This document shows, in pieces, positions 47,287 to 60,144 of a DNA stretch of 64,000 nt (positions are counted from its first letter, which is position 1; the number at the start of each line of letters is the position of its first letter). The notes beneath the pieces are model-generated. The model was not told the DNA's origin. It did not search any database and was given only the letters and a program-made list of their open reading frames with translations. Source of the DNA: an uncultured Planctomycetales bacterium (GTDB taxonomy: Bacteria; Planctomycetota; UBA1135); contig CAYFGE010000001.1 in NCBI GenBank assembly GCA_964342475.1, positions 315,113 to 379,112 on the forward strand, given 5' to 3'. The translations under genes and the position numbers were made by a program.

Positions 47287-47903
47287 TGGACCGCTTCGCC
47301 CGCCTGGTCGCGCTGGCCGCCGCGGTGGACCGCCGCGACGACGGGGCGATCCGCGCCGCCGCCGCCGGGCTGCTGCGCGAGGACGGCGCCGAGGCCGTGC
47401 GCGAGCTGCTGCGGCAGATCCACCTGTTCCGTGGCTTCCCGCGCGTGGTCCACGCGCTCGGCGTCGTCGCCGACCTGCTGCCCGCGGCCGACCCGGACGA
47501 GGCCGCCCCCGCCGCGGCGGACGCGGGCGGGACCTGCGGCCTGCGCGGCGAAGCCCTGTTCCGCGAGCTCTACGGCCCGGACGCCGAGCGCGTGCTCCCC
47601 CACCTGCGGCGCCTCGACCCGGTCTTCTCGGCCTGGGTGCTCGACCACGCCTACGGCCGGGTGATGCAGCGCGAGGTCCTGCCGCTGGTCGAGCGCGAGC
47701 GCCTCGCGGCGCTGCTCCTGGCCAGCGACGCCTGCTGGAAGCAGTGGGAGTCGCACGCCCGCATCTGCCTGCGGCTCGGCGTCCCGCGCGCCACTCTCGA
47801 GGCCGACCTCGAGCGCGCCGGCTGGCTCGACGCCGGCCAGGTCGCGCGCGCCCGCGGCGGCCTCGACGGGCTGGACGTCCCCGGCCCCGGCGGGAAGGCG
47901 TGA
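47286..47903 (+). CDS. Carboxymuconolactone decarboxylase (AhpD-like) family protein
   Basis: ATG at 47286 forms a TGATG overlap with the psd stop. 205 aa: ...QIHLFRGFPRVVHAL...ERERLAALLLASDACWKQWESHARICLRLG.... Confidence 0.6.
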   Translation: MDRFARLVALAAAVDRRDDGAIRAAAAGLLREDGAEAVRELLRQIHLFRGFPRVVHALGVVADLLPAADPDEAAPAAADAGGTCGLRGEALFRELYGPDAERVLPHLRRLDPVFSAWVLDHAYGRVMQREVLPLVERERLAALLLASDACWKQWESHARICLRLGVPRATLEADLERAGWLDAGQVARARGGLDGLDVPGPGGKA

Positions 47904-49120
47904 GCGGCCCGCCCCGGCTCGGCGCCTCCTTCCGCCGGTTGGTGGCGACGCAGTTCCTGACCGTCGTCAACGACAACGCCTTCAAGCAGATCGTGCTGCT
48001 GCTGGCGCTGACCCAGGGTTCGGCGATGCTCGGGCAGGACGCGCAGGCCGGCGCCGGCCTGGTCTTCGCCCTGCCCTTCCTGCTGTTCGCGGTCTTCGCC
48101 GGCGACCTGGCCGACCGCTGCTCCAAGCCGCGCGTGGTCGTCGCCACCAAGCTGGCCGAGGTCGGGGTGATGCTGCTGGCCGCGCTCGCCCTGGGCATCG
48201 GCTCGCTCGAGCTCGGCGTGCTGGCCCTGTTCCTGATGGGCGCGCAGAGCGCCTTCCTCGGCCCGGCCAAGTACGGCCTGATCCCCGAGCTGGTCCCGAC
48301 CCCCGAGCTCTCGCGCGCCAACGGCAGCTTCAACGCCTGGGTGGTGGGCGGCATCCTGCTCGGCATCGGCGGCAGCGGCTTCCTGCTAAGCGGCCTGGGC
48401 CGCGACCGGCTGTGGCTGGCCGGCCTGCTGTTCGCCGCCGTCGCCGCCGTCGGCGCCTGGATCGCGCGCGGCATCGAGCCGGTGCCCGCGGCCGACCCCG
48501 CGCGCCCGCTGCGCCTCGACCCCCTGCTGCGCCTGCGCGACGGCTGGCGCCTGGCGGCCCGCCGCCCCGGCCTGCGCAGCTCGATGCTCGGCCGCAGCCT
48601 CTTCTACCACGTGGGCGCGGTGGTCCTGTTCGCCTGGAACGAGATGGGCACGACCCTCCTCGAGGTGCGGGAGGACTGGTGGACCGCCGGCCTCGCCAGC
48701 CTGACCGTCTCGCTCGGCGCCGGCAGCTACCTGGCCGGCCGCCTCTCGCGCGGGCGTCCCCGCCCCTCCCTGTCGGTGGTCTCGGGCGGCGCGATGGGCC
48801 TGCTCTTCCTCGCCGTCGGGCTCGGCCCGCGCGAGCCGACCTGGGTGCTCGGCGTGATGCTGGCGGCCAACTTCTTCACCGGGATGTACCTCGTGCCGCT
48901 GATGACGCTGATCCAGCAGCTGCCGGCCGGCGCCGACCGCGGCCGCATCCAGGGCGCGAGCCAGATGATGGACTGGGTCTTCATCCTCGCCGCCAGCCTG
49001 GCCAAGATGTCGATGACCTGGCTCGGCCTCGACGCCGCCCAGGTCTTCCTCGTGCTCGGCGCCGAGCTGGCCCTGGCCGCGCTGTTCCTGCGCCGGCTGC
49101 CGCGGCGGCTGGCGGCCTAG
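47900..49120 (+). CDS. MFS transporter (LplT-like lysophospholipid-transporter-type)
   Basis: GTG at 47900 forms a GTGA overlap with the upstream stop. 406 aa, 12 TM-like: FRRLVATQFLTVVNDNAFKQIVLLLA...GDLADRCSKPRVVVATKLAEV...FLGPAKYGLIPELV.... Confidence 0.7.
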   Translation: MSGPPRLGASFRRLVATQFLTVVNDNAFKQIVLLLALTQGSAMLGQDAQAGAGLVFALPFLLFAVFAGDLADRCSKPRVVVATKLAEVGVMLLAALALGIGSLELGVLALFLMGAQSAFLGPAKYGLIPELVPTPELSRANGSFNAWVVGGILLGIGGSGFLLSGLGRDRLWLAGLLFAAVAAVGAWIARGIEPVPAADPARPLRLDPLLRLRDGWRLAARRPGLRSSMLGRSLFYHVGAVVLFAWNEMGTTLLEVREDWWTAGLASLTVSLGAGSYLAGRLSRGRPRPSLSVVSGGAMGLLFLAVGLGPREPTWVLGVMLAANFFTGMYLVPLMTLIQQLPAGADRGRIQGASQMMDWVFILAASLAKMSMTWLGLDAAQVFLVLGAELALAALFLRRLPRRLAA

Positions 49121-51516
49121 TCCGGCACCACGCGCAGCCAGACCCGCTCCAGCGTGAGCGAGGGGTCGGCCTGCGAGCGGATCACCAGCCGGTTGCCGCG
49201 CAGCGCCTCGACGCGGCCGACCGGGATGCCGTCCAGACTGACCTCCCCGTCGCGCATCTCCAGGGTCTGCGGGGTGCCGGGCTGGAAGCCCAGGCCGCGG
49301 CGCTCCTCCTCGCCGACCCGCAGCACCGGCGCGCTCGACGGGCTCGGGTGGAGCAGCTCGACCTGGCCGAGCCAGCCCACCAGCCGCGGGGGCGCCGCGT
49401 CCGCCGCCAGTTTCCAGCTCAGGCGCCACTCGGCGACGCGCCACTGGCCGCGCTCCCACGGCAGCGAGTCGCTGCGCGCCGCGCCCCAGCGGGGCTGGCT
49501 CCAGCTCAGCTCGACGCCGCCGGCCCGGACCACGACCTCGGCGTCGCCGAGGCGCTCGCGCCAGCGGGCGGCGAGCTCCTCCAGCGGGTCCGGCGGCGCC
49601 GCGTCGACGCCCCCGTCCCCGTCCTTCTGGCGCGGCGCGGCGGCCAGGGCGGCGCGCAGCTCCAGCTCCCACTCGTCGATCCAGAAGGCCGGGTCGCGCG
49701 CCGGCGGCCAGCGCTCGGCCTCGAGCGGGCGCATGAGCTCGAGCGCGGTCTCGAGCTCGCCGCGGCACCAGGCGACGTGGGCCAGGACCCAGTCCTGCTC
49801 CGACGGCCCGGCCGCCACCCGGCTCCGCAGCCTCCCGAGCGGCGCGCGGTAGAGCGCGTCCGCGTCGAGGCCGGCCAGAGCGGCGAGGCGCGCGTCCTCG
49901 AAGCGCCCCTCGCGCGACCAGCCGAGCAGGCCGCGGTCCACGGCCCCCCAGTTCACCAGCGCCTTCTCGAGTTCGCCGGCGCGCAGCAGCCTGCGGACCT
50001 CCTCGCGGCGCGGGGGCACGGCGCGCGCGGCGCGGTCGTTCAGCGCGTGGGCCTGGAGGTCGCGCAGCCGGTCGACCGTCTGCCGCAGGCGCGCGCGCGG
50101 CGAGGAGCCGCCGAGGCGCAGCGGGAGCTCGGCGACGCGCAGGCCGCGGTCGCGCCAGGCCCGCTCGACCATCTCCTCCCAGGCGCGCAGGTCGTGGAAG
50201 GGATCGGTGGAGAGGGCGCGCCGCGCCTCGCGCTCGGCCTCCTCGAGCAGCGCCTCGGCCTCGACCGCGACCTCCTCGCCGCGGCGCAGCACCTCCGACT
50301 CGGCGCGCCGCAGGTGCCGCTCGTGCTCGGCGGCGAAGACCTCGTCCGCCTCGGGAGGCAGCGGGAGGGCGGCGAGCAGGTCGACCTCCTCGAGCGCCCG
50401 GCGCAGGTTGCCGGTGGCCAGCGCCGTGCGCCAAGGGCCCTCGAGCGGCAGCACCCACTGGCGGTGCCGCAGGACCCCGCGCGGGCCCGCGGGCGGGTCG
50501 GTCGGCGGGGCAGGGCCGCCGGGAGCGGTCTCGGGGCGCTCCGGCTCGGGGGCGCGGGCCGACGCCTCCTCGGCCGGCCGCGGGCCGGGGCCCTCGGGGA
50601 GCCAGCCGAGGAACAGCCGGCCGACGGCGCCGAGCACCACGACGGCGGCCACACCGCCCGCCCAGCGGCGCCGCGCGCGCAGGCGGTGGGCGGTGAGCAG
50701 GCGCGGCGCGGCACCGGTCAGCACCCGCGCGAGGTCGGCGCGCAGGTCGGCGGCGCGCGAGTAGCGGCGGTCCGGGTCCTTGGCCATCGCCGCGGCGAGC
50801 ACCCGCGCCAGCGGCTCGGGGGTCTCGGCGGGCAGCGGCTCGGGCTCGAGGTGGAGCACGCGGTGGATGACCTCCCCCACCCCCGAGCCGAGGAAGGGCG
50901 GCTTACCGCTGATCGCGTGGTGCAGGGTGGCGCCGAGCGAGTAGACGTCGGCCGCGGGGCCGATCTCGCTGGGGTCGCGCGCCTGCTCCGGGCTCATGTA
51001 GGCCGGCGAGCCGAGGGCGGCGCCCTGGCGGGTCAGGGTCGGGTCCTCGCGCCGCCGCACCAGGCCGAGGTCGGCGAGCACCGCGCCGCGGCGCGGGTGG
51101 AGCAGCACGTTGTGCGGCTTGACGTCGCGGTGGATCGCGCCGTGGCGGTGCAGCCGCTCGAGCGCGCGGGCGACCTGCACGCCGATGCGCGCGGCCTGCT
51201 CCCACTCGAGCGGCCCCTGCTGCAGGCGGTCTCGCAGGCTGGCGCCCTCGACGTACTCGAGCAGCAGACCGGGGCGGCCGTCCACCTCGAGCTCGCCGTG
51301 GCTGTGGACGAGGTTCGGGTGGTCGATCTCGCCGAGCAGCTGCGACTCGCGCCGCCAGCGCTCGAGGATGCGCGGGTCGCCGGCGACGCTGGGGCGCAGC
51401 AGCTTCAGGGCGCGCAGCTCGCCGCCCGGCTCCCGCACCAGGAAGACCTCGCTCAGCGGCGAGTGGCCCAGGCGGCGCAGCAGCTCGTGGCCGGGCGGGA
51501 GGACGGGCTCGGCCAC
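49117..51516 (-). CDS. Ser/Thr protein kinase with one TM segment and a large uncharacterised C-terminal domain
   Basis: 799 aa with a Hanks kinase core: ...LRALKLL...HRDVKPHNVLL...LADLGL...GSPAYMSPEQ.... A TM segment follows (WAGGVAAVVVLGAVGRLFLGWL), then about 470 aa of unknown fold. GTG start. Confidence 0.85.
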   Translation of the reverse strand: MAEPVLPPGHELLRRLGHSPLSEVFLVREPGGELRALKLLRPSVAGDPRILERWRRESQLLGEIDHPNLVHSHGELEVDGRPGLLLEYVEGASLRDRLQQGPLEWEQAARIGVQVARALERLHRHGAIHRDVKPHNVLLHPRRGAVLADLGLVRRREDPTLTRQGAALGSPAYMSPEQARDPSEIGPAADVYSLGATLHHAISGKPPFLGSGVGEVIHRVLHLEPEPLPAETPEPLARVLAAAMAKDPDRRYSRAADLRADLARVLTGAAPRLLTAHRLRARRRWAGGVAAVVVLGAVGRLFLGWLPEGPGPRPAEEASARAPEPERPETAPGGPAPPTDPPAGPRGVLRHRQWVLPLEGPWRTALATGNLRRALEEVDLLAALPLPPEADEVFAAEHERHLRRAESEVLRRGEEVAVEAEALLEEAEREARRALSTDPFHDLRAWEEMVERAWRDRGLRVAELPLRLGGSSPRARLRQTVDRLRDLQAHALNDRAARAVPPRREEVRRLLRAGELEKALVNWGAVDRGLLGWSREGRFEDARLAALAGLDADALYRAPLGRLRSRVAAGPSEQDWVLAHVAWCRGELETALELMRPLEAERWPPARDPAFWIDEWELELRAALAAAPRQKDGDGGVDAAPPDPLEELAARWRERLGDAEVVVRAGGVELSWSQPRWGAARSDSLPWERGQWRVAEWRLSWKLAADAAPPRLVGWLGQVELLHPSPSSAPVLRVGEEERRGLGFQPGTPQTLEMRDGEVSLDGIPVGRVEALRGNRLVIRSQADPSLTLERVWLRVVPD

Positions 51517-51522
51517 CGCGGC

Positions 51523-53460
<1,938 letters not shown>

Positions 53461-53466
53461 GGTCTC

Positions 53467-53472
53467 AGGATA
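53467..53472 (-). promoter_or_regulatory. -10-like box TATCCT, 6 nt from the ATG of the FHA-sigma54 activator gene
   Basis: The plus strand reads aggata. Spacer ggtctc, start at 53460. It overlaps the opposite-strand box by 2 nt. Confidence 0.4.
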
Positions 53473-53476
53473 AGCT
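53471..53476 (+). promoter_or_regulatory. -10-like box TAAGCT, 7 nt from the GTG of the ykgJ-like gene
   Basis: gga-TAAGCT-ctccgcc-GTG (53484). Confidence 0.35.
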
Positions 53477-53483
53477 CTCCGCC

Positions 53484-53948
53484 GTGACCGCCGCCTCCCC
53501 TTCCCCGCGCCCGTGGTGGGCGGACGGCCTGCCCTTCGCCTGCACCCAGTGCGGCGAGTGCTGCCACGGCCGGGGCGGTTACCAGTACGTCTACGTCAAC
53601 GAGGAGGAGCGGCGGCGCCTCGCGGAGCACCTCGGCCTCGGGCTGGAGGCCTTCCAGGAGCGGTATACCGTGCTCGACGAGGACGGTTACCCCACCCTGC
53701 GCTTCCAGGACGGCCACTGCGTCTTCCTCGACGGCAAGCGCTGCGTGGTGCACGAGGCCAAGCCGGTGCAGTGCCGCACCTGGCCCTTCTGGGTCGAGCT
53801 GCTCGAGGACGAGGAAACCTACCGCCGCGAGGTGCTCGACTTCTGCCCCGGCAGCCGCGGCGGGCCGCTGGTGCCGGCGGCGCGGATCCGGGCGGCGGTC
53901 GAGGAGACCGAGGCCGCCCTCCACGCCGACGAGGAAAGCGGGGACTGA
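53484..53948 (+). CDS. YkgJ-family (CxxCxxCC) cysteine-cluster protein
   Basis: In-frame GTG at 53484 within track ORF 52917..53948. 154 aa: ...FACTQCGECCHGRGGYQYVYVNEEE...CVFLDGKRCVVHEAKPVQCRTWPFW.... Confidence 0.75.
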   Translation: MTAASPSPRPWWADGLPFACTQCGECCHGRGGYQYVYVNEEERRRLAEHLGLGLEAFQERYTVLDEDGYPTLRFQDGHCVFLDGKRCVVHEAKPVQCRTWPFWVELLEDEETYRREVLDFCPGSRGGPLVPAARIRAAVEETEAALHADEESGD

Positions 53949-53984
53949 AGCTCCCCGGGCGGGTGCGCCGCGCCCTTCCGGTGG

Positions 53985-53990
53985 TAGACT
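53985..53990 (+). promoter_or_regulatory. -10-like box TAGACT, 10 nt from the ettA ATG
   Basis: gtgg-TAGACT-ctccgtcctc-ATG (54001). Confidence 0.45.
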
Positions 53991-54000
53991 CTCCGTCCTC

Positions 54001-55692
<1,692 letters not shown>

Positions 55693-55707
55693 GCGGAGCC
55701 GCGCGGA

Positions 55708-57696
55708 CTACTCGTCGTCCGAGTCGACGTAGCCCAGGTCCTGCAGGTTCTGGTCCGCCGCCTCGGCGGCCATCGGGTCGCTCGGCATGCGCGGCTCGGG
55801 CGGCTCGGGGAGGCCGCCGGGCACCGTGCGCACCGGGCGCGCCGCGAGGGCGGCCGGATCGAAGGCCTCGGTGAGCACGCGGCCGGGCAGGTCCGCGGGC
55901 ACCGGCAGCCCCATCGCGTGGAGCAGGGTCGGGGCGACGTCGTAGAGGTCCGCCACCTCGTCCCCGCCCTCGCCGATGCGCGCGCCGGGGAGGATGCCCG
56001 GGCCGCGCAGCAGCACGATGCCGTCCAGGGTGTGGTCGCCGCTGCGGTCCTCGGTGCGGAACAGGTCGCCGGCGGTGACCTCCTGGCCGGCCACGAGCAG
56101 CGGGGTGTCGAAGCCGTCGAGGACGCCGGGGGCGTAGTCGACCACGACCAGGCCGACCTCCTCGCGGAAGGGCTGAGGCAGGAAGGGCCGCGCCTCGGGC
56201 TTGCCCACGACGTGGCTCTCCGAGAGCAGGCGGTGGACCTCGAGCAGGTCCTGGCGCCCGGCCTCGCCCCCCACCGAGCTGGAGATGTTGAGCTGCTTGC
56301 CGGCCACCGAGTAGTTCACCCGCTCGGCCACGCCGAGCAGCTCGAACAGGGCCTGGGCGCGCACACGCCCGGTCAGGTGGCCGCCCTCGGCCGCGGCCTT
56401 CATGCCGTGGTCGGAGACCACCGCGACGAGGACCCGGTCGAGGTCGAGCCGCGCGAGGACGCGGCCGAGGTGCCGGTCGGACTCGCGGTAGGCGTCGCGC
56501 ACGACCTCGGCGCGCTCGGCGCGCAGCTCGGGGCTGACGCCCTCGAAGGCCTCCTCACCGAAGGCCTCGGGCTCGTGGTACTTCCAGTAGTTGTGCCCGA
56601 GGGAGTCGACCGGGTACAGGATCAGCGCCGAGCAGCCCGGCGCCTCGCGCAGCATGAGCTCGAACCACAGGTCGGTCTGCAGCCGGGCCTGGACCATCTT
56701 GATCCGCCAGTAGCGGTCCTCCTCGCCGAGGCCGCGCAGCAGGATCTCGCCCATCGCGTGCAGGTTCAGCCAGGCGCTGTCGGCGGCAGAGATGGCCATC
56801 GCGCTGAGCCCGTCGCCGAGCATGCGGCCGCTCAGCAGCGGCGTGCGCGCCTTCCCGCTCGCCTCGAGGCGCTTGAGGAAGGAGGCCTCGGCGGGCAGGG
56901 TCTCGTAACCGCGGGCGAGCCAGCCGGGCACGCCGAAGCCGGGGTAGTCGTCCGGCGGCCAGGTGATGTGCCACTCCATCAGGCCGACGCCGCTGCCGGC
57001 CTCGACGGCGGCGTCCCAGAAGCGGCCGACCTTGAGGTTCTGCCGGTCGGAGTTGAAGTCGATCACGCCGTTGACCTCGGTCGGCTGGCCGGTGGCCATG
57101 ATCGTCCACACGCGCGGCGACAGGCTGGGCTCCTCCGACTTCAGGGTGCCGGAGGCCCCCTCCTCTCGCAGCGCGGCGAGGTGCGGCAGCTCGCCGGCGG
57201 CGATCATCGGGTCGATCTGCGGCCAGGTACCGGCGTCGATGCCGACGACGACGACGGGCTGCACGGCGGAGGCGTCGGGCTCGACCGGCGGCGCCGGCCG
57301 GGCGGCCACGACCAGGACCCCGAGCACCACGGCCACCGCGCGGCGGCGGCCCGCCGCGCTCAGCCAGACGCCCAGGAGGACGGCCAGCAGGGCCCCGACC
57401 CAGCCCATCAGGGGCAGCCGGGCGATCGGCGCGGCGGCCACGCCGAGCCACGGGGCGGCCGCGAGCAGCGCGCCGAGGGCGGCGGCCACCGCGTGGCGCC
57501 CGCGCAGGACGAGGCCGAACAGGCCGCCGAAGACCAGGCCGAGCAGGGCCGGGGCGAGGACGAGCAGGGCCAGGGCCGGCAGCAGCGGCCGCGCCAGGGA
57601 GGGCGCCGAGACGGACACCGCCACGGTGGCGGCGAGGACGGCGGCGGCGGCGGCGGAGAGGCCCGCGGACGGGCGCGACTCGGGAGGCGCGGTCAT
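55708..57696 (-). CDS. Membrane-anchored alkaline-phosphatase-superfamily (nucleotide pyrophosphatase/phosphodiesterase-like) protein
   Basis: 662 aa. It has about 4 N-terminal TM helices, then VVVVGIDAGTWPQIDPMIAAGELPHLAAL...EPSLSPRVWTIMATGQ...VAVVSDHGM..., the AlkP-type metal and nucleophile motifs. Confidence 0.7.
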   Translation of the reverse strand: MTAPPESRPSAGLSAAAAAVLAATVAVSVSAPSLARPLLPALALLVLAPALLGLVFGGLFGLVLRGRHAVAAALGALLAAAPWLGVAAAPIARLPLMGWVGALLAVLLGVWLSAAGRRRAVAVVLGVLVVAARPAPPVEPDASAVQPVVVVGIDAGTWPQIDPMIAAGELPHLAALREEGASGTLKSEEPSLSPRVWTIMATGQPTEVNGVIDFNSDRQNLKVGRFWDAAVEAGSGVGLMEWHITWPPDDYPGFGVPGWLARGYETLPAEASFLKRLEASGKARTPLLSGRMLGDGLSAMAISAADSAWLNLHAMGEILLRGLGEEDRYWRIKMVQARLQTDLWFELMLREAPGCSALILYPVDSLGHNYWKYHEPEAFGEEAFEGVSPELRAERAEVVRDAYRESDRHLGRVLARLDLDRVLVAVVSDHGMKAAAEGGHLTGRVRAQALFELLGVAERVNYSVAGKQLNISSSVGGEAGRQDLLEVHRLLSESHVVGKPEARPFLPQPFREEVGLVVVDYAPGVLDGFDTPLLVAGQEVTAGDLFRTEDRSGDHTLDGIVLLRGPGILPGARIGEGGDEVADLYDVAPTLLHAMGLPVPADLPGRVLTEAFDPAALAARPVRTVPGGLPEPPEPRMPSDPMAAEAADQNLQDLGYVDSDDE

Positions 57697-57705
57697 GGGA
57701 CTCCG

Positions 57706-57711
57706 ATTCTA
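57706..57711 (-). promoter_or_regulatory. -10-like box TAGAAT, 9 nt from the ATG of the AlkP-family gene
   Basis: The plus strand reads attcta. The start codon ends at 57696. Confidence 0.5.
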
Positions 57712-57736
57712 CGGGGCCGGGGAAGCGCGGGCCGGC

Positions 57737-58522
57737 TCAGCGGCCCTCGAAGGCGGGCGGCCGCTTCTCGGCGAAGGCGGCCAGGGCCTCGAGGCGGTCG
57801 CGGGTCGGCAGGATGCGCTGGTAGCAGGCCGACTCGTGCTCGAGCCCCTCCTCCTCGGTCAGGTCGAGGCTGCCGTCGATGGCCGCCTTGGCGGCGCGCA
57901 GGGCCAGCGGCCCGTTGCGCAGCAGGGCCTCGACCATCTCCTCCCCCGCGCGGCGCGCCCCGCCCGCCTCGGCGGCGAGGTGGACCAGGCCGACGCGCGC
58001 GGCCTCGGCGGCGTCGAGCCGCTGGGCGAGCAGGATGAGCTCCTTCGCCTTGGCTGCGCCGACGAGGCGCGGCAGGCGCACGCAGCCGCCGGCCCCGGGG
58101 ATGATCGCCAGGCTGGTCTCGGTCAGGCCGATGCTCGCCGCGCCGTCGAGCACGCGCAGGTCGCAGGCCAGCGCCATCTCGCAGCCGCCGCCGAAGGCGT
58201 GGCCGTTCATCACCGCCACGGTCGGCTGCGGCAGGGCGGCGACGTCGTCCATCGTGCCGCGGATCTGCCGCACGAACTCCCGCACCTGCTCCTCGCTCAG
58301 CGTGCGCCGCTCCTTGAGGTCAGCGCCGGCGCAGAAGGCGCGGTCGCCCGCCCCGGTGATCGCCACCACCCAGGTCTCGGGATCCTCGCGCAGCTCGGCG
58401 AGCAGGCCGCGCAGGCGCAGCAGCGTGGGCAGGGAGAGGGCGTTGCGCGCCTCCGGCCGGTTCAGGGTGAGCCAAGCCGTGCGGCCGCGGCGCTCGAGGA
58501 GGACGAGGTCTTGGTCGGTCAT
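57737..58522 (-). CDS. Enoyl-CoA hydratase/isomerase family (methylglutaconyl-CoA-hydratase-like)
   Basis: An internal ATG of track ORF 57737..58573 gives 261 aa: ...LTLNRPEARNAL...ITGAGDRAFCAGADLKER...MNGHAFGGGCEMALACD.... Confidence 0.85.
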   Translation of the reverse strand: MTDQDLVLLERRGRTAWLTLNRPEARNALSLPTLLRLRGLLAELREDPETWVVAITGAGDRAFCAGADLKERRTLSEEQVREFVRQIRGTMDDVAALPQPTVAVMNGHAFGGGCEMALACDLRVLDGAASIGLTETSLAIIPGAGGCVRLPRLVGAAKAKELILLAQRLDAAEAARVGLVHLAAEAGGARRAGEEMVEALLRNGPLALRAAKAAIDGSLDLTEEEGLEHESACYQRILPTRDRLEALAAFAEKRPPAFEGR

Positions 58523-58535
58523 CGCTGTCGCGGCG

Positions 58536-59411
58536 TCACGCCGAGGTCCGGGCGCGCGCCAGGGATTCTCCAAGGTAACGGGTCGCCTCGCCGAGGGCGC
58601 CGCCGTCGAGCGGGAACTCGGCCCCTTCCTCGCGCAGCGCGGCGGCCAGGGCGGCCATGTCGAGGTTGCCCTTGGCTCCGGGCGCGAAGGGGCAGCCGCC
58701 CGCCCCGCCGGCGGCGGCGTCGAAGTGGCGCACCCCGAGCTGCCAGGCGCGGCGCGCGTTCTCGGCCGCGTGACCGAAGGTGTCGTGCAGGTGGACGCCG
58801 AGGTGCTCGCCGTCGACCCGCTCGAGGGCGCCGCCGACCAGCTCCTCGACCTGCGCCACGGAGCCGGTGCCGAGGGTGTCCGCCAGGACCAGCACTTCGG
58901 GACCGGCCCCGGCCCAGGCGTCGACCAGCTCCATCACCCACGCCACGGGCGGCGGGCCGTCGAAGGGGCAGCCGAAGGCCATGGAGACGTAGGCGCGCAC
59001 GGGGTGCCCGGCGGCGCGCGCTGCCCGCGCCAGGGCGAGGTTCTCCTCGAGCGCCCCGGCCACCGACATGCCGACGTTCGCCCGGCTGTGGCCCTCGGTC
59101 GAGGAGACGAGCAGGGTCACGCCGTCGAGGCCGGAGGCGAGGAAGCGCTCCATGCCGCGCGCGTTGGCCACCAGGCCGTAGAGCGCCACCCGGTCGCGCC
59201 AGGCGGCGCCGCGCAGACCGGCGCAGACCGCCTCGGCGTCGGCCAGCGGCGGCAGGAGGTCGGGGCGGACGAAGCTCGTGGCCTCGATGGTGTCCGGCCG
59301 CGCGGCAGCGAGCCGCTCGATCAGGGCCAGCTTGTCGGCGGTGGGCAGCACCGCCTTCTCGTTCTGCAGCCCGTCCCGCGGCGCGACCTCGTGCAGGTGC
59401 GCGCGGCTCAC
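58536..59411 (-). CDS. Hydroxymethylglutaryl-CoA lyase
   Basis: GTG at 59411 forms a GTGA overlap with the upstream gene. 291 aa: HEVAPRDGLQNE...IEATSFV...LADTLGTG...GVHLHDTFGHA...FDAAAGGAGGCPFAPGAKGN. Confidence 0.85.
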   Translation of the reverse strand: MSRAHLHEVAPRDGLQNEKAVLPTADKLALIERLAAARPDTIEATSFVRPDLLPPLADAEAVCAGLRGAAWRDRVALYGLVANARGMERFLASGLDGVTLLVSSTEGHSRANVGMSVAGALEENLALARAARAAGHPVRAYVSMAFGCPFDGPPPVAWVMELVDAWAGAGPEVLVLADTLGTGSVAQVEELVGGALERVDGEHLGVHLHDTFGHAAENARRAWQLGVRHFDAAAGGAGGCPFAPGAKGNLDMAALAAALREEGAEFPLDGGALGEATRYLGESLARARTSA

Positions 59412-60142
59412 CGCGGCTTCTCCAGGCACACCATGCCGAAGGTGAAGCGGCGGTCGGGGTGGCGCAGGTCGAGCAGGTGGCGCGCGCCGTCGTCGTGGAA
59501 GCCCGGCTCCCCCACCCAGGCGAGCCCGAGGTGGTCGACCAGCTCGTGCACGGCCGCGGTGTCGCGCAGCGCGCCCTCGCCCGGCGCGTCGCGCCCGAGC
59601 TCGAAGCTGAAGACCATGCGGCCGCCCGGGCGCAGCGCGGCGGCCAGGCGGCGCAGCGCGGCGCGGTGGGCGTCGTGCGGCATGTGCTCGATCACGCAGA
59701 AGCTGGTGACCAGGTCGAGCGAGCAGTCCGGCGGCAGCTCCGCGGTGGTCAGGTCGACGGTGCTGGCCTCGAGCTTCCAGCCGAAGCGGCGCGCCGCGCG
59801 CTGGCTGCGCTCGACCAGGTCGGCGTCGATGTCGTGGACCCGGACGCGGGCGCCGCGCGCGGCCAAGTAGTAGGCCGGCAGGGTGGCGCCGCCGCCGAAG
59901 TCGAGGACGTCCCGCGCCTCCTCGGCGCGCGCGTGGGCCAGGCCGCAGGCGTACTCCCACATCTTCGGACCGCGCACGTAGAAGCGGCCGTGCGGGATGC
60001 CGTTGACCGCCACCGCCTGCCCGCGGAGGAACATCCGGCGCACGAAGCGCCGCAGGCGCGCCGCCTGCGAGCGCACCGGTTCCCGGCGCAGGTCGAGGAG
60101 GTCGAGGCTCTTGTGGATCGGCTGCGGGGACGCCGCGCTCAT
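59408..60142 (-). CDS. Class I SAM-dependent methyltransferase
   Basis: An internal ATG of track ORF 59408..60697 gives 244 aa. Motif I is [29 protein letters not shown], followed by ...[13 protein letters not shown].... Confidence 0.75.
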   Translation of the reverse strand: MSAASPQPIHKSLDLLDLRREPVRSQAARLRRFVRRMFLRGQAVAVNGIPHGRFYVRGPKMWEYACGLAHARAEEARDVLDFGGGATLPAYYLAARGARVRVHDIDADLVERSQRAARRFGWKLEASTVDLTTAELPPDCSLDLVTSFCVIEHMPHDAHRAALRRLAAALRPGGRMVFSFELGRDAPGEGALRDTAAVHELVDHLGLAWVGEPGFHDDGARHLLDLRHPDRRFTFGMVCLEKPR

Positions 60143-60144
60143 GC

